From Candidatus Heimdallarchaeota archaeon (lineage in GTDB: Archaea > Asgardarchaeota > Heimdallarchaeia > JABLTI01): 12,990 nt of DNA. Below are positions 1 through 8,739 of this stretch, one piece after another. The position numbers and the translations under genes are program-made. Numbering within the stretch: position 1 is the stretch's first letter; the number at the start of each line of letters is the position of its first letter. The notes below the pieces were generated by a model. It was not told the DNA's origin. It was given only the letters and a program-made list of their open reading frames with translations, and made no database searches. The stretch spans positions 1 to 12,990 of the forward strand of contig DXJV01000070.1 of NCBI GenBank assembly GCA_019056785.1, written 5' to 3'.

Positions 1-1521
1 CTTCCTGCTATTAAATCACTTTCTTTGGTTAATTATCAGAAAAATCGATTTCAACAACTCTTTTCAAAAGTGGAATTACTATTAAGCTTTCCCGGTATAA
101 TCTTAACGAGCTTGGGAATTTTCATTCTAAAATTCACAGCAAAAGAAATCCTAACGACCTATTGGTCACTTTATACATTGGGTTGGGTAATGATCTTCTT
201 TGGTGTAGTGATGCTTACTTTGGCGGCTTTTTTCCTCTTTTCACGTTATATAGTGTTTACATTTGAATGGTTCGGTGAGAAGTTATGGCGCAGGCGAAAG
301 AATTTGTCAGGTTTTTCATTTAAAAACATTAAATTCAACAATAAATCTTACAAAAAGGCAATTTCCTTTTTACTTTTGTTTGGGCTTGCTCTTATTCCGG
401 GAATAGTGCTAAAACCCTCTCTCTCGGACCATTTGACAATTGAAAAGACTTTGGCTTTAGGGGCATCTGATTTAGTATTAAACTCTCAATATCCACAGCT
501 CTTACCTTCACAAGAAGCTCTTTCAAACATCTCTGGCATAGAAAAAACTGCTTCAGTTATGCTATCGAGTTTTACTTTAAAGAGGGACACTTTTTTTGGA
601 GAACAAGAGTATACTGTTCCTATTCTCTGTATTTACAACCTAACAGCTTTCCTTGCAACAGTAGAGTTGTCCACATTGAATTTTGGAATCAATCCAGGTG
701 AGATTTCCCAATTAGAACAAAACCTATCATATTTGATGACTAAGGATTATGCTAAACGAAAGGGTTATAGTGATGGCGTTCGGTTTACGAATGCCTTTTT
801 TGGAGAGGTATCAAAAGAAATCACTTTCACCTTTATAGCCGGTTTCGATGTATTTCCGCTTTTACCACAGAGAAAGCGTGTTGCTTTCAACGGTGAAAGA
901 ATCGCTTTTTCACTTGTAATGTCGCTAGACTCTTATGAGAAATTGGAAACATCTTTAATCTCCTTTAAAACTTCAAAATCATTTCACATTATAATTAAAA
1001 CTACCTCGAGTGAAAGCCTTTCTACTACCAAAGAGCAAATTCAAAACCAATTATCTCCTGCAGTGGAGATTGTTGACCAAAGTATGATTATCAATGAAAT
1101 GGATCTCGAGAGCATAAACCTCATAACGATTTTTCAAGCCTTTAGTACAATTGCTTCTTCAATTATTGCGGTTCTTTATCTAAATATTATCGTTGCGAAT
1201 ATCTTCAAGTTTAGAACTAAAGCACTGGAAATAGAGTACACTTTAGGAATTACAAAAAAAGAAATTCAAAAGGCTTTTCTTCTCGAATTGGGCATTATTT
1301 CTTTTATTCCAATTATTTTCTGTTCTTTTTGTGGGTTCATATTTGGATGGTTGATTGGTACTTTTCTCTCGAGCAATTATCAAGTTTATTCGTCATTTAA
1401 ACTTAGCTTTAACGCTTACTCTGTTTTAGCGATAATACTAGTTGGTGGGCTTATTGCTCTCGGATGGTTAACAAGATTAATCCCCAAGATAAAACAATAT
1501 CATATGGTGTCGGAGGTATAA
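1..1521 (+). CDS. ABC transporter permease, FtsX/MacB-like (type VII), C-terminal part; 5'-truncated by the window edge
   Basis: The frame is open from base 1 (LPAIKSLSL...), so the track start at 25 is probably not the true start. Layout is a TM cluster, a large soluble loop, then a TM cluster with an R..xxxxxxxLG.tk..i...flxE-type motif (RTKALEIEYTLGITKKEIQKAFLLE). It is visibly paralogous to the C-terminal half of the next ORF and lies upstream of an ABC ATPase. Confidence 0.8.
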   Translation, partial: LPAIKSLSLVNYQKNRFQQLFSKVELLLSFPGIILTSLGIFILKFTAKEILTTYWSLYTLGWVMIFFGVVMLTLAAFFLFSRYIVFTFEWFGEKLWRRRKNLSGFSFKNIKFNNKSYKKAISFLLLFGLALIPGIVLKPSLSDHLTIEKTLALGASDLVLNSQYPQLLPSQEALSNISGIEKTASVMLSSFTLKRDTFFGEQEYTVPILCIYNLTAFLATVELSTLNFGINPGEISQLEQNLSYLMTKDYAKRKGYSDGVRFTNAFFGEVSKEITFTFIAGFDVFPLLPQRKRVAFNGERIAFSLVMSLDSYEKLETSLISFKTSKSFHIIIKTTSSESLSTTKEQIQNQLSPAVEIVDQSMIINEMDLESINLITIFQAFSTIASSIIAVLYLNIIVANIFKFRTKALEIEYTLGITKKEIQKAFLLELGIISFIPIIFCSFCGFIFGWLIGTFLSSNYQVYSSFKLSFNAYSVLAIILVGGLIALGWLTRLIPKIKQYHMVSEV

Positions 1522-1527
1522 GGGAGG
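1522..1527 (+). promoter_or_regulatory. Shine-Dalgarno GGGAGG for permease 2
   Basis: GGGAGG lies 8 nt upstream of an in-frame GTG at 1536, just after the stop of ORF1. Confidence 0.6.
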
Positions 1528-1535
1528 AAAGAAAA

Positions 1536-4394
1536 GTGGGTTTGAAAGATGGTCTCTTAAACTTGAGAAAAAATAGCTTCTGGATTCTATTTAAAACCTT
1601 TATCCAATCAAATAGGAAGCGTTTCATCTTGACGATTCTTAGCACCTCCTTAATTTTCACATTATTAACCAGTTTTTCAATAGTCTGGTATAACAACCGT
1701 GAGCAAGCTTTTCATGATTTCTTTAAGGCAAAAGATTGGTACGATGATTCAGCAATTAGTACTTATAGAATTATATCAACTGCCAATGAGCCCAACTATT
1801 CATTAAATGATATTACTACATTGATACAAACTATGAAAAATAGTCTTAATGATATTGCTTCTAACTTGATGAGAGATAATTACTCGTGGGTTTATGCATT
1901 TCAAGTGTATGAAAACCGGTATGATCCGCAGCTTGGCAATGCCTATGGTTATTTTACTTTCCCTGAGGAGTTATTTACTATTCTCGAGTCTAATTTACTT
2001 TCAGGGCGAATGCCAACAAATGCGAGTGAGGTTCTCTACTTTTTTGAAGATCCCTCTTCCACTCCTTTGTTCGAGTTGAATGATACTCTCACATTAAATG
2101 TTGCAGGGACAATGTACCCGATTTCTAAACAACAAGTAACCGTCGTTGGGATCATTTCAGACTTGAAATTGCTATTTTATCGAGCAGGCTTTTCAGCAGA
2201 CCTTCCAACTTGGGAAGACTTTACTGACACCAACGAATTTGATGCCTTTGAAATAAAAGGAAAGTTTATCACAATGCCAGAATATTTCTTTACTTTTATT
2301 AACAATTTTCCTTTTGTGAGTTCTAAAAAAGGCATTGCTGTGGATATTAACTACAATGATGCTGTTTTAAACCCCAAGGACTTGAATCACTATTTAGAAG
2401 CATTCTCTTCTTTTCATGGTTCTTGGAATGGGTTTAGCCCCTTCCTTGATCTTACATCAAACTTAAATTCCTATCAAGAATTCTGGTTGCATGAGACCAA
2501 TTCAATTTTTTTGGTCAGTTTGCCACTTATCCTATTATTATTGTTTCTAATTATTGAAACCACTAAAATAGATAAAAAGCTCTTTGAGCAATCTTTGTTT
2601 CTATTGAAAAATCAAGGCTTAGAAGATAAAAGAATTCGAAAGGTTATACTCTTAGAAAAGGGTCTTTACATTTCGATGAGTCTTTTAATTGGGGTGTTTT
2701 TGGGGCTCTTACTTAGTATTCTTATCTTCCTGTTTACTTATCAATCCCTCAAGGAAACAGCTTTCTTTCCAGGCTTGGGTGAGTCGTTGTTTATTATTCC
2801 GGCTGTAATTTTCCTTTTAGCCTTCTTAATCAGTGGTTATCTTTTTGACAATGAACTTCTAAAGGCACTTAATCGCTCGCGAGCTGAAATCTTTAGAAAG
2901 CAAAGAACCAGAAAAATAAAGAAAATTTTTTCTGCAATTGAAATGATCATGCTTCTTCCAAGTGCTCTGTGTATTGCTTTTGGCTTTCTTGGATTGTTCT
3001 TAAGTTATGTGGGAGAGTGGTCACCCATGAAAAGTTATCATGCAACAATTTTCTTTACTAGCTTAATCTACTGTGGAATTCTAATAGCAAGCATTATCCT
3101 TTATCTTTTAATTTCAAAGCTTGTAGTGAAATGTTTATGTTTCTTTGGGAAAAAAATTTGGTTCAAAAAGAAGAATTTATTCACTTTTTCCTTGAAGAAT
3201 TTCTCTGCGGACCATATATCCTATCGTACTATCTTACTTGGATTAATGGTTTTACCCATAGCATGTTCTCCGGGATTACTTTTAGTAAACTCCTATCCCG
3301 AACATTTTAATTATGAAATAGCATTGCGTTCTGGTTTTTCTGATTTAGTTGTCACTAATTGGGACTTCAATCAAACTACAAAACAGCGTCTTATGGCAAT
3401 TAAGGGGGTTGACTCTTCCGCCGAAGTTCAAAGGAGTTTCTTTGAAATTTTCATCAATCCACCACTTCAAACAAGCATTCAAACAACAATACTTGCAATT
3501 AAAAATACAACCGAATTTGCTCAATATGTTGCCCACAATAGCTTCTTTTCAAAAACAGGCTGTTCTCTGGAGGATATTGTTGCCCTTGAATCAGATGATA
3601 CTTATTTAATGGATTACAGACATGCAAAAGGCTTTGATTATTCTAAAGATGAAATTCTCTATAATGATGATTTTACAGAAATCTATTCTAACCGTTTTCC
3701 TTTGCAATATATCAATAGTTTCAGATCTTTCCCTCTACTTAGCATGCCTACAAAGGCAAAGTTGTTTCAAAGTAGAGTTGTCGAGTTTAACCTTGTAACA
3801 AGCCTTCACACTCTATCACACATTAAAAGCGCCGCAAAAACAATGCCAGTAAAAGAGGAAGCCTTCCTGTTGTTAAAGGTAACCGAGGGCGCTAATCTAA
3901 CAATGATAAAAGAGCAAATCGTTCAAGAAGCTAAACTCACAGTTTATGAAAAAAGGTTCTTTATCGATCAAATAGATTACCCCTTTATCTATTGGAAACA
4001 AGATTTTGCTTATCTTAACATTTTTCTTTCTCTAACAATTTTGTGTTTAGTGAGTTACCTCTTAGCAAGGAATATTTATCTACAACGCAGGGGTATCGTA
4101 GAAGCAAGTGTCCGGGTCGGAGCCACAAAAAACCAGCTTCTGGGGAGTTTTCTCATAGAATTTCTTGTTGTAGCCTTTCTTCCAGTATTAATTTCACTTA
4201 GCATTAGCTTGTGCTTACTAGCGATACTTATGCCTGTGCTTTTTAATTTCCCAAATCCTTTTGCCGACTTTTCTTGGAAGGGAAATTGGTTCTATGTTTT
4301 CCTAGTTTTCCTTTTCGAGTTACCAATGTTGGCAGTCTATTATGTGGGATTAGCCCTACAAATTAGAAATTACCATCCAATTAAGGAGGAGTAA
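1536..4394 (+). CDS. Large duplicated FtsX/MacB-like ABC permease (~950 aa); start probably GTG 1536 rather than 1464
   Basis: Two repeats of TM1 + extracytoplasmic domain + TM cluster. MacB-type motif SGRMPTNASEV in the first loop; LLKNQGLEDKRIRKVILLE and VRVGATKNQLLGSFLIE match FtsX coupling motifs. The SD supports 1536 and avoids a 58-nt overlap with ORF1. Confidence 0.82.
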   Translation: MGLKDGLLNLRKNSFWILFKTFIQSNRKRFILTILSTSLIFTLLTSFSIVWYNNREQAFHDFFKAKDWYDDSAISTYRIISTANEPNYSLNDITTLIQTMKNSLNDIASNLMRDNYSWVYAFQVYENRYDPQLGNAYGYFTFPEELFTILESNLLSGRMPTNASEVLYFFEDPSSTPLFELNDTLTLNVAGTMYPISKQQVTVVGIISDLKLLFYRAGFSADLPTWEDFTDTNEFDAFEIKGKFITMPEYFFTFINNFPFVSSKKGIAVDINYNDAVLNPKDLNHYLEAFSSFHGSWNGFSPFLDLTSNLNSYQEFWLHETNSIFLVSLPLILLLLFLIIETTKIDKKLFEQSLFLLKNQGLEDKRIRKVILLEKGLYISMSLLIGVFLGLLLSILIFLFTYQSLKETAFFPGLGESLFIIPAVIFLLAFLISGYLFDNELLKALNRSRAEIFRKQRTRKIKKIFSAIEMIMLLPSALCIAFGFLGLFLSYVGEWSPMKSYHATIFFTSLIYCGILIASIILYLLISKLVVKCLCFFGKKIWFKKKNLFTFSLKNFSADHISYRTILLGLMVLPIACSPGLLLVNSYPEHFNYEIALRSGFSDLVVTNWDFNQTTKQRLMAIKGVDSSAEVQRSFFEIFINPPLQTSIQTTILAIKNTTEFAQYVAHNSFFSKTGCSLEDIVALESDDTYLMDYRHAKGFDYSKDEILYNDDFTEIYSNRFPLQYINSFRSFPLLSMPTKAKLFQSRVVEFNLVTSLHTLSHIKSAAKTMPVKEEAFLLLKVTEGANLTMIKEQIVQEAKLTVYEKRFFIDQIDYPFIYWKQDFAYLNIFLSLTILCLVSYLLARNIYLQRRGIVEASVRVGATKNQLLGSFLIEFLVVAFLPVLISLSISLCLLAILMPVLFNFPNPFADFSWKGNWFYVFLVFLFELPMLAVYYVGLALQIRNYHPIKEE

Positions 4395-4397
4395 ATA

Positions 4398-6041
4398 ATG
4401 ATTGAATGTGTTGACCTGATAAAAATCTACGAAGATGAGCAAAGACATCTGCGCGTTCCAGCATTACGAGGTTGTGATTTCCATGTTGAAAAAGGAGAGT
4501 TCGTTTCCATCATAGGGCCAAGTGGCTCCGGGAAGACTACCCTCATTAACATTCTTGCCGGTTTAGAAAGCATTTCAAGTGGAACGGTAAGAGTTGCTGG
4601 CATTAGCCTTGAACGTTTGTCAATTCAAGACTTGTCTGCTTATCGCTTAAAAAAAGTCACCTTGGTGGATCAATTTCCAGAACGAAATCTCTTTCTCAAT
4701 GTCAAAGTTAGAGAGAACCTTTCCTTGTACAGCACGTTAGCCGGTCTCGATCTTTCCTCGAGAATAAGACAAAGAAATGACAAGATAATGAATGATTTAG
4801 GTATTGCTCATCTAGCTTCCAGACTAACAAAGACTTTGTCGGGAGGAGAAAAAGTCCGTGTAGCTATTGCCTGTGCGATTGCGAAAAACACCCCTGTGCT
4901 CTTGTGTGATGAACCCACAGGGCAACTTGACACGGAAAATACCTTAAAAGTGAAAGCTGTCCTGGCTAAAGTGTCGAAAAAATATCAAACAACCGTGATA
5001 GTCGTTACACATGACCTGCGTTTCCTTGAAGGCGTAGATAGAACCTATATTATTAAAGATGGCCGTGTGTCCGCCGTTTTAGATAAAGAGGATAAATTAG
5101 CTCAAACGAAATTTCCTTTGCAATACAAAAGGTATGTTGATACATCAAAAAGTATTCGAATCCCCGAGCTAATCGTTAAAACGCTGAAAATTGAAGACCA
5201 AGTTCTCCTTGAAATGGATGAGAAAAGTCGTGTAATATTAAAACATCCACAAGCGATCCCTCCAGAGAAAATCTCATTGGAAGAACAAACAACCTTTAGA
5301 AAAGAGCTTCACTTACAAGAATTGCCAAAGGATTATCATAAAAAACAACCAATTGTCCTCGAGGCAAAGAATCTATCAAAGATTTATAAGACCCCGGGCG
5401 GGGATGTCCACGCTCTATCAAATGTTAATTTAAGGGTTCATTCTGGAGAATTCATCTTTATTGTTGGTCCAAGTGGCTCGGGAAAAAGCACATTAATTAA
5501 AGTACTTGTCGGATTGGAAGAAGAAACGGCAGGAGAAATATTCCTATTAAATAAACCTTTCAACCGGCTTTCAAATGCAGAAAAAGCTTTGACCCGAAAG
5601 GAGCATTTTGGAATTGTTATGCAACAAGGAAATCTTCATCCCTTCCTTACTGTCGAAGAGAATCTTTATTTAAAAGATGTTTTTGCCTTCAAACAGAAGA
5701 GCACTCCAACAATTAGTGATACTTTTACTGAACTCTTAGAACTCTTTCAAATAGTACACCGTCGAAAATCTTTTCCCTCTGAGATTTCTGCCGGAGAGTT
5801 GCAGCGAGCTTCTCTTGCAGTGTCGTTTTATAAAACGCCTAAAATTCTATTCTTAGATGAACCAACAGCAAATCTGGATTCTGATTTAGCCAAATTTGTT
5901 ATGGAAAATCTCTTTCGATTACATCGGGAGCAAAAGCTGACAATTCTTCTCTCTACTCATGACATCAATCTTATTCAAAAAGGAATGCGCGTAATCGAGC
6001 TTGTAGATGGGACAATCTTTCGCGATGGTTTACTCGCTTGA
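4398..6041 (+). CDS. ABC transporter ATP-binding protein with two LolD/MacB-type NBDs and a central AbrB-like segment
   Basis: NBD1: GPSGSGKT, LSGGE, CDEPTGQLD, VTHD. NBD2: GPSGSGKS, ISAGE, LDEPTANLD, STHD. SD GGAGG at 4385-4389. Confidence 0.93.
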   Translation: MIECVDLIKIYEDEQRHLRVPALRGCDFHVEKGEFVSIIGPSGSGKTTLINILAGLESISSGTVRVAGISLERLSIQDLSAYRLKKVTLVDQFPERNLFLNVKVRENLSLYSTLAGLDLSSRIRQRNDKIMNDLGIAHLASRLTKTLSGGEKVRVAIACAIAKNTPVLLCDEPTGQLDTENTLKVKAVLAKVSKKYQTTVIVVTHDLRFLEGVDRTYIIKDGRVSAVLDKEDKLAQTKFPLQYKRYVDTSKSIRIPELIVKTLKIEDQVLLEMDEKSRVILKHPQAIPPEKISLEEQTTFRKELHLQELPKDYHKKQPIVLEAKNLSKIYKTPGGDVHALSNVNLRVHSGEFIFIVGPSGSGKSTLIKVLVGLEEETAGEIFLLNKPFNRLSNAEKALTRKEHFGIVMQQGNLHPFLTVEENLYLKDVFAFKQKSTPTISDTFTELLELFQIVHRRKSFPSEISAGELQRASLAVSFYKTPKILFLDEPTANLDSDLAKFVMENLFRLHREQKLTILLSTHDINLIQKGMRVIELVDGTIFRDGLLA

Positions 6042-6180
6042 ACTTTTTAATTTCTCAAAGGTTTAAAATAACCGCAATTCTAATTTATGACTGATAAGAA
6101 ATCTTTTATTAAGCTAAAAAGCTCATTCCTCTTAATACTCGTATAAGATCTTCAAAAATAAATCAAAGGAGAAATGCTAA

Positions 6181-6762
6181 TTGGGTTGGTTAAGTTGGCT
6201 TGATCCCGTTGGAATCTGGTTCCAGGCTATTTTCTACAAAATGGGCGTGTTATATATTCCCGGATCAACGTATTTCATTATTCTATTCAATATTATCATC
6301 GCAGTGTTGATGAGCCTTTTAACGAGAGCGTTGGTGGATATCGACAAGATAAGCCGCCACCAAAGAGAAATCAAAGTTCATAATGAAAACAAGAAAAAAG
6401 CCATGGAAACGGCTGATAAGAAGTTGTGGCAGAAAGTTCAGCGACGAGAGGAATATATCAAAAAAATCCAAAGTGAAATGATGATTCAGCAAATGAAACC
6501 TATGCTTGTGTGGTTTATCCCCATTACCATCATATTCTTCCTCATGCGGTCGGCATTTCTCAATATCCCGGTCGCATGGATGCCCTTCCGTTTCCCGGAG
6601 ATCTGGATTATAATTTCCAATTTGAAGTACCTCGACCATCTCACGTGGATGGGCTTTACCGGCTGGTATTTCCTGACATCCATCGGCTTGGGCAATTATG
6701 TCCGGCGATTTATGGGTGCAACACCAAGTGCTACTCGAGGCGGCGGCGGCCCGGTCGGTTGA
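6181..6762 (+). CDS. DUF106 / EMC3-TMCO1-Get1 family (Oxa1 superfamily) membrane protein insertase
   Basis: TM1, a charged coiled-coil hairpin (DIDKISRHQREIK...EMMIQQMKPML), TM2, a PFxxP loop, then TM3 with WYFLTSIGL, resembling EMC3 WYFLxxFGL. TTG start with AAGGAG at 6166-6171; alternative start ATG 6241. Confidence 0.85.
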   Translation: MGWLSWLDPVGIWFQAIFYKMGVLYIPGSTYFIILFNIIIAVLMSLLTRALVDIDKISRHQREIKVHNENKKKAMETADKKLWQKVQRREEYIKKIQSEMMIQQMKPMLVWFIPITIIFFLMRSAFLNIPVAWMPFRFPEIWIIISNLKYLDHLTWMGFTGWYFLTSIGLGNYVRRFMGATPSATRGGGGPVG

Positions 6763-6763
6763 T

Positions 6764-6824
6764 GAGAGAAGAAGTGACTTTGAGTTTTGGAAGCTCGCTT
6801 CTCCATCCTCTTTCTCTCTTTTTT
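6764..6824 (+). terminator. Imperfect hairpin followed by a T-tract after the DUF106 gene
   Basis: GAGTTT(6782-87)/AAGCTC(6791-96), AGAAGT(6770-75)/GCTTCT(6797-6802), outer GAGAGA/TCTCTC, then T6 at 6819-6824. Confidence 0.45.
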
Positions 6825-6887
6825 CTTTAGCTTTTGTATGCTAAAACTTTTTTACTGATAAGGAAGTGATTTTAGTCTTGAGATAAA

Positions 6888-7826
6888 ATGTCACGAAAAT
6901 CATTTCTCGGGAAAAGTATTGTTTCTATCAAAGATTTGACCCGTGAAGACCTGGATATAATCTTTGAAGAAGCAGATAAGATGGAACAGATAATTAAAAG
7001 CAACAAAAAACCTCTCGATGGGAAAATCCTGGCAGCACTTTTTATGGAACCAAGCACCCGAACAAGGTTGAGTTTTGAAGCAGCCATGCATCACCTAGGT
7101 GGCTCGGTGATCACTGTTTCAGACCCGAAATCTTCTTCAGCCGTAAAAGGGGAAAGCTTGTCCGATACGATTCGGACGGTTGAAAATTACTGCGATATAA
7201 TTGCCATCCGCCACCCACTGGAAGGCTCGGCACGATTAGCAGCTGAATTCTCGAGAGTGCCAATTCTAAATGGCGGCAGTGGTGCAGAAGAGCATCCTAC
7301 ACAAGCACTTCTTGACTTGTATACCCTTCTGAAAGAGCTCAAAACGGTTGAGGGAAAAAGTATTGCCATGGTTGGAGATCTGAAGTATGGGCGGACAATT
7401 CATTCATTGGCATACATCCTTTCAAAATATAACGCTGTAAAGCTATATTTTGTATCACCACCATCCTTGCGAATCAAAGCCGAAATTAAAAATGATTTAA
7501 AAGAAGCAGGGATAGAATTTCACGAAGTCGAGTCTTTAAGTGAAGTGATCCCCCTCGTCGACGCCATCTATATGACCAGGATTCAGAAAGAGCGTTTCCC
7601 ACAAGAGGCAGAATATGAAAAGGTAAAGGATGCCTACGTATTAACAAAAGAACTTCTCACATTTGCAAAAGGACCGATTCCGGTTCTGCACCCTCTCCCA
7701 CGAGTGAATGAAATCTCCTATGATGTGGATGACACAAAACATGCTGTTTATTTCAAACAGATGTATAACGGCGTCCTGGTACGAATGGCATTACTAAATC
7801 TCATTTTAGGAGGAGAAGTAAAATAA
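6888..7826 (+). CDS. pyrB: Aspartate carbamoyltransferase catalytic subunit
   Basis: FMEPSTRTRLSF carbamoyl-phosphate motif, HPTQALLD, GDLKYGRTIHSL, YMTRIQKERF, HPLPRVNEI. Confidence 0.98.
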   Translation: MSRKSFLGKSIVSIKDLTREDLDIIFEEADKMEQIIKSNKKPLDGKILAALFMEPSTRTRLSFEAAMHHLGGSVITVSDPKSSSAVKGESLSDTIRTVENYCDIIAIRHPLEGSARLAAEFSRVPILNGGSGAEEHPTQALLDLYTLLKELKTVEGKSIAMVGDLKYGRTIHSLAYILSKYNAVKLYFVSPPSLRIKAEIKNDLKEAGIEFHEVESLSEVIPLVDAIYMTRIQKERFPQEAEYEKVKDAYVLTKELLTFAKGPIPVLHPLPRVNEISYDVDDTKHAVYFKQMYNGVLVRMALLNLILGGEVK

Positions 7827-7851
7827 AAAGAATTATCAGAGGATAAGAACA

Positions 7852-8352
7852 ATGGCAAAGAAAAGCAATTCAAGCGAACTAAAAGTATCAAAGATTAAGG
7901 AAGGAACGGTCATAGATCATGTCGATGCAGGCATGGCGTTAATTGTTCTCGAAATGTTAGGCATAACCGGGCGGGAAGGGACAGTTGCAACACTCTCAAT
8001 GAACGTCGTGAGTAAAAAAACAGGAAGAAAGGACATTGTAAAAATTGAAAACAGATTCCTGGAATATACTGAAATCAATCAAATCGCATTGATCAGCCCG
8101 AATGCAACCATTAACGAGATCAAGAATTTTACTGTCGTAAAAAAATTTGATGTCCAGCTTCCGGAAGTAATTGTCGGGTTCCCAAAATGCATTAATCCCA
8201 GGTGCATAACAAATGCCCGTGAGCCACAGGTGCAAACATACTATGTCAAAAGTGTGGACCCATTAAAAATCCGTTGCAAGTATTGTAATACTAATATGGA
8301 TAAAAATGACGTTGTAAAGCAACTGACAAAATATTCAGGGATAACAAAATAG
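7852..8352 (+). CDS. pyrI: Aspartate carbamoyltransferase regulatory subunit
   Basis: IKEGTVIDH, KDIVKIE, zinc ligands CINPRC...CKYC; directly downstream of pyrB. Confidence 0.97.
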   Translation: MAKKSNSSELKVSKIKEGTVIDHVDAGMALIVLEMLGITGREGTVATLSMNVVSKKTGRKDIVKIENRFLEYTEINQIALISPNATINEIKNFTVVKKFDVQLPEVIVGFPKCINPRCITNAREPQVQTYYVKSVDPLKIRCKYCNTNMDKNDVVKQLTKYSGITK

Positions 8353-8353
8353 G

Positions 8354-8408
8354 AAAAAAAAGGTGCACCCAAATTTTTTGGAGCCCTTTCTTCGCCCTCT
8401 TTTTTTTT
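8354..8408. terminator. Putative bidirectional terminator between convergent pyrI and eL38
   Basis: A8 (8354-61, T8 on the minus strand), imperfect stem AAAGG..CCAAA/TTTGG..CCTTT (8359-8389), T9 at 8400-8408. Confidence 0.5.
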
Positions 8409-8601
8409 AGTAATCGATAATAGGAACGGAAATTTTGGAACGAATGGTTTCAGCTTCGTTTACAGAAACTTTGATGGTATACAATTTGTGCTTCGTTCGG
8501 AATTTCATCTTAACCTTATCGCCAATTCGTTTGACTCGACACTCAGTTGCTTGTGCAATGATAGCATCCAATTTTGAAAGGTCTTTGATCTCTTCAGGCA
8601 T
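8407..8601 (-). CDS. rpl38e: 50S ribosomal protein eL38 (L38e)
   Basis: 64-aa basic protein MPEEIKD...RVKRIGDKVKMKFRTKHKLYTIKV, matching the eL38 pattern (MP..I....F/L...VKFKxRxxxxLYTL). Confidence 0.85.
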   Translation of the reverse strand: MPEEIKDLSKLDAIIAQATECRVKRIGDKVKMKFRTKHKLYTIKVSVNEAETIRSKISVPIIDY

Positions 8602-8649
8602 AATCTTTCCTTCTGGTGTTATTCTATAAACGTTGTTGAAAAGGACTAG

Positions 8650-8663
8650 TATTTAAGATTTTG
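8650..8663 (-). promoter_or_regulatory. Candidate BRE/TATA promoter for eL38
   Basis: The minus strand reads CAAAAT-CTTAAATA about 50 nt upstream of the ATG at 8601. Confidence 0.45.
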
Positions 8664-8681
8664 TTTAAGAAAGAATTTACC

Positions 8682-8732
8682 AAAAAAAGGCAAGAAAAGG
8701 AGAAGAGGGGAGCATTGATGCCTTCTTCTCCT
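8682..8732 (-). terminator. Hairpin + T-tract terminator after DUF1015
   Basis: AGGAGAAG(8698-8705)/CTTCTCCT(8725-8732) perfect 8-bp stem with inner GCA/TGC; on the minus strand it is followed by TTTCTTGCCTTTTTTT. Confidence 0.6.
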
Positions 8733-8739
8733 AAAAAAA

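Noticed and set aside
1464-1535. Track start of permease 2 at 1464, overlapping ORF1 by 58 nt
   Set aside because: GTG 1536 has a well-spaced GGGAGG and needs no overlap.
6174-6203. Short out-of-frame ATG ORF (MLIGLVKLA*) overlapping the DUF106 start, suggesting a uORF or frameshift
   Set aside because: The ATG is only 2 nt from the AAGGAG, whereas TTG 6181 has normal spacing; there is no other support.
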